DNA from: Thermodesulfobacteriota bacterium
GTDB lineage: Bacteria > Desulfobacterota_D > UBA1144 > Nemesobacterales > JAJCZQ01
Direction of reading: 5' to 3'
Length of the DNA: 64,000 nt
Assembly: GCA_965203965.1 (NCBI GenBank)
Contig: CBDBDR010000017.1
Coordinates: forward strand, 160,001 to 224,000
The translations under genes were made by a program, and so were the position numbers. The notes beneath the pieces are model-generated. The model saw only the letters and a list, made by a program, of their open reading frames with translations, was not told where the DNA came from and made no database searches. Shown piece after piece: positions 60,946 to 64,000 of the stretch; position 1 is the first letter of the stretch; each line of letters begins with the position of its first letter.

Positions 60946-62469
60946 ATGTTTATTAAATACAAACAAAACAACTGAGATCAGGCATATCCATGGAAATATA
61001 TCTCCTGTTTTCATGTAAAGAGTGTTGCTATAAAGCAGTGCAACTTGATCTGTAAAAACTTCTTTTTTGAATATTTCTGTTCTGTTTCGTACCTCCCCGA
61101 GTGGTGTTATGATAGCACTGACACCGGTATTTGTTGACCTTATGAGATAACGGCGAGTTTCCACTGCTCTTGGTATGGAAACAAGAAGGTGTTCATGTGG
61201 AGCCGCTGATCTTCCAAACCACACGTCATCTGTCAAGTTGACAAGGATGTTTGCTCCTTTTAATGCAAATCTCCTGCTAAAGCCCGGCATCAGATCTTCA
61301 TAGCATATAAGCGTCCCAATCTTGATACCTTTGTCCTTTATGTTCAGAATGTTCAACTCGGTGCCGGGGGTTATTAAACCTTCCGATAGTCCATCTATAT
61401 ATTTGCTCCATGGAATAATGTTCCCTAGTGGTAGATATTCGCCGAAAAGAAGCAGCTTGTTCTTGCTGTATTTGCCGAGAATATTACCATTCCAGTCGGT
61501 AAGAATAGCACTGTTATAATGTGCTGATGCAGGGTCGTAGATATCGTTCCCTTTATACAAAATAGCTCCAGCCAGAAAATACGTGTCTTCCATTTTTGGA
61601 ATGATATTTTCTAACTTGGTATAATTCAGACTTTTGGCTTGAGATGAAATTGGCTTTTGTACTGACGCTTCGGGCCATATTATCAGGTCGGCATTTTTGA
61701 TTGTTGCTGACATTTTTTTGTAGTCTTCAATTATCAATCCCGAATTTTCTTCTGTCTTTTCAAAAAAATCAAAGTTGCCCTGTACCACGCCAACGTTAAT
61801 TTTTTCTGCCTTGGCTATGTTCGTAGTTTGCTGCTCTACTCTTACCGAACCGTATATTAGCAACAGGGCTACGAACATTATTGATAAACTGGCCGCCAAT
61901 ACCGGTTTCCTTCCCTGCTGGCGGGTGGATATTATTATGAAATAAATCGTGAGGTTAAAAAACACTATTATAAAACTCAGTAGAGAAACTCCAAGCAGGT
62001 CGGATACCTGTATGATTTTCAAGTTATAGGCTTGTGTATTACCAATTCCATACGGAAAAATAGCTGGATAGAACTGTTCAAAGGCGACCCATAGAGAACA
62101 TGCAATAAATAAATTAATAATTTGGCTGCTTTGAATTAATTTGAACTTGTTAATAAAGTAACTGAACAGTGCATATTGAACCCCCAGATACAGACAATAA
62201 ATAATAATAAAAATAAAGCTGACGTGTATTGGAAATCCACCGAACCTTGTCAGCGTTCCAACTAACCAGTAATGTCCTGCATAAGAAGCAATAAATCCAA
62301 AAACAAGACCTGTCTTGAAAGCCTTGCCGGGTGATAATCTCAATGCTTGAAATAAGGGGACAAGTGATGCCCAGGCTAATAATGAAAGATGTTCTGAAAG
62401 AAAAGGAAGAGTGAATAAGATTCCCGAAAGAGCCGATAGTCCATATTCAAGTCTTAATAATTTTTTCAT
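60925..62469 (-). CDS. lnt: Apolipoprotein N-acyltransferase
   Basis: VQGN, WPEA, K..LLFGEY, LICYE, RAVETRR, TGVS. Confidence 0.95.
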   Translation of the reverse strand: MKKLLRLEYGLSALSGILFTLPFLSEHLSLLAWASLVPLFQALRLSPGKAFKTGLVFGFIASYAGHYWLVGTLTRFGGFPIHVSFIFIIIYCLYLGVQYALFSYFINKFKLIQSSQIINLFIACSLWVAFEQFYPAIFPYGIGNTQAYNLKIIQVSDLLGVSLLSFIIVFFNLTIYFIIISTRQQGRKPVLAASLSIMFVALLLIYGSVRVEQQTTNIAKAEKINVGVVQGNFDFFEKTEENSGLIIEDYKKMSATIKNADLIIWPEASVQKPISSQAKSLNYTKLENIIPKMEDTYFLAGAILYKGNDIYDPASAHYNSAILTDWNGNILGKYSKNKLLLFGEYLPLGNIIPWSKYIDGLSEGLITPGTELNILNIKDKGIKIGTLICYEDLMPGFSRRFALKGANILVNLTDDVWFGRSAAPHEHLLVSIPRAVETRRYLIRSTNTGVSAIITPLGEVRNRTEIFKKEVFTDQVALLYSNTLYMKTGDIFPWICLISVVLFVFNKHLRKRYS

Positions 62470-62493
62470 TAAGAGAAAACAACTGTCCGCACA

Positions 62494-63240
62494 TTAACGA
62501 CACCTGAGTTGATAAATCTTCAACGTTCCTACCAACACTATAAAAACAGCCATAAGCTGTGCGATGGATAAACCGGGTATAGAGCTTGGGGTAGTGTTTC
62601 TAATGAACTCCATTAAAAATCTTTCACTACCAGCAAGTATTAAATATATTGAAAAGAGATATCCGGTTTTGAAATTCCGTTTTCTTATTTTCCAGAGATA
62701 AACAAATACAAGTCCCATTATTATGATTTCATAAAGCTGGGTTGGATGAACTTTCTCCACTGTTGGAGGAAGTCCATTTGGGAATGCCATAGACCATGGA
62801 AGGTCCGAGGGCACTCCATAGTCATCACCGACTAAAAAACAACCTATCCTACCTATTGAATATCCTATTGCCATAGAGGGGGCAGTTGCATCACCTATCA
62901 ACCAGAAATTAACTCTGTTTTTTCTACAAACAATCCACGCAAGAAAAACAGCAGCAAACAGTCCTCCATAAAATGTCAGACCACCCCTTGAGAAGATGTG
63001 ATAAATGGGGTTTTCTAATATCTCATTTATTGGAACGTTTTCAAGAAGATATAACAACTTAGCCCCTATGATACCACCTGCTATTGACGTCAGTAGAAGG
63101 TCAGATAGAAGCTTCTCCTGCAGGTTTTTTCTTTCAAACTCTTTCACTCCCAGCCAGTATGCCACAAGAAAAGCTGCGGCAACCATCACGCCGAAGGATG
63201 AAATTACAAAATCACCTATCTCTAAAAGTTCGGGATACAT
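62494..63240 (-). CDS. lgt: Prolipoprotein diacylglyceryl transferase
   Basis: GGLTFYGG, GRIGC, HPTQLYE, RFLMEFIR. Confidence 0.95.
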   Translation of the reverse strand: MYPELLEIGDFVISSFGVMVAAAFLVAYWLGVKEFERKNLQEKLLSDLLLTSIAGGIIGAKLLYLLENVPINEILENPIYHIFSRGGLTFYGGLFAAVFLAWIVCRKNRVNFWLIGDATAPSMAIGYSIGRIGCFLVGDDYGVPSDLPWSMAFPNGLPPTVEKVHPTQLYEIIIMGLVFVYLWKIRKRNFKTGYLFSIYLILAGSERFLMEFIRNTTPSSIPGLSIAQLMAVFIVLVGTLKIYQLRCR

Positions 63241-63246
63241 TTTTGG

Positions 63247-63378
63247 CTACTGATCCTTACGATTTATTTCTCTGAGTTTTTTTTCGAGCTTTCGAGTTGA
63301 TCGCATTAGGAAAAATATTGATAAAAAAGTAACAGTGCACAATGCCAACTGGATGTGCAAATTGGTATTAATATCCAT
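63247..63378 (-). CDS. Small single-TM protein (43 aa)
   Basis: Below the ORF-track cutoff: MDINTNLHIQLALCTVTFLSIFFLMRSTRKLEKKLREINRKDQ*, AAAGGA SD, stop 6 nt before the lgt ATG. Confidence 0.55.
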   Translation of the reverse strand: MDINTNLHIQLALCTVTFLSIFFLMRSTRKLEKKLREINRKDQ

Positions 63379-63490
63379 TAACAGTCCTTTAATACAGTTT
63401 TAATCAAGATATAAAGTAAAACCATAAAAATATTCCATGTAAATATAATTCTTGACCCATCTTTTTGCAATGGGTAGATTGGTTTTCAGC

Positions 63491-64000
63491 ATGTTGTCAA
63501 GTCCCGTGCTTGTTTTAAATAAGTTTTTTATACCCGTTTCCGTTACAAGTCTGAAGAGGGCTTTCATACTTCTTTACGGCGGGGCTGCAAAAGCCGTATC
63601 AGTAGATTACGAGGTTTTTGACTTCAATTCATGGTCGGATGTTGCAGCAGCAAACGAAGGTGACTGTGTAAAAACAGTCTCTCACATTATCAAGGCTCCA
63701 AGGGTCATTATACTTATGAGATATGAAGGATATTACAGAAAACAACCGAGATTCAACAGGATAAATATATTCAGAAGAGATAGTGGGTATTGCCAGTATT
63801 GTGGCAAATCATTTGCAAGACAAGACCTGACCCTTGATCATGTTATACCTAAATCTCAAAATGGTGGAAGTGTCTGGGAAAACGTGGTTTGCTGTTGTAT
63901 CAAATGTAACAGAAAGAAAGGTGGTAGAACACCTGCACAGGCAGGAATGAAGCTTCTGAACAAACCTGTAAGACCCAAGTGGAGTCCATTTTCAAATGTA
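63491..64000 (+). CDS. HNH endonuclease (McrA-like), runs off the right edge
   Basis: Hand translation: VLVLN...PRVIIL...NIFRRD..CQYCG...TLDHVIPKS.NGG..WENVVCCCIKCNRKKG.RTP.QAGM. Confidence 0.9.
   Translation, partial: MLSSPVLVLNKFFIPVSVTSLKRAFILLYGGAAKAVSVDYEVFDFNSWSDVAAANEGDCVKTVSHIIKAPRVIILMRYEGYYRKQPRFNRINIFRRDSGYCQYCGKSFARQDLTLDHVIPKSQNGGSVWENVVCCCIKCNRKKGGRTPAQAGMKLLNKPVRPKWSPFSNV

Overview
AT-rich bacterial chromosomal window from a diderm (LPS heptose, Lnt/Lgt and TonB-receptor genes; futalosine menaquinone pathway; gene content is deltaproteobacterium/Dadabacteria-like, which is inference only). It is mostly housekeeping: moeB, trhO, cimA, lysC, tsaE, nnr, argG, queA, aroC, msrA, mqnC, ptsH, ihfB, def, tpiA, secG, nth, pckA, rsmG, mtnP, hldE, cbpA, mrp, hisD, hisC, lnt, lgt and four tRNAs (Ser-GGA, Leu-CAA, Glu-TTC, Lys-TTT). 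Reading between the supplied ORFs shows features the track misses. (1) A Type III R-M Mod gene runs off the left edge, beside the tRNA-Ser 3' end, behind an internally deleted XRE/controller gene. (2) Relics of pgk and trmI have collapsed to about 0.4 kb by large internal deletions but keep their operon junctions. (3) lysC is broken by a 1-nt frameshift that falls on two tandem in-frame slippery heptamers, and it has an internal SD+ATG for a beta subunit. (4) A purine-skewed accessory islet (17.9-21.7 kb) holds a secreted NHL-repeat protein and a frameshifted secreted protein bracketed by a 23-bp direct repeat. (5) There is a tandem pair of paralogous alpha/beta hydrolases, a small membrane ORF before lgt, and an HNH nuclease running off the right edge. 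I saw no CRISPR array, rRNA, reverse transcriptase, integrase or intact transposase, and I cannot claim a complete novel system. The strongest leads are the erosion pattern, the repeat-bracketed islet, the lysC frameshift site and the hydrolase pair.
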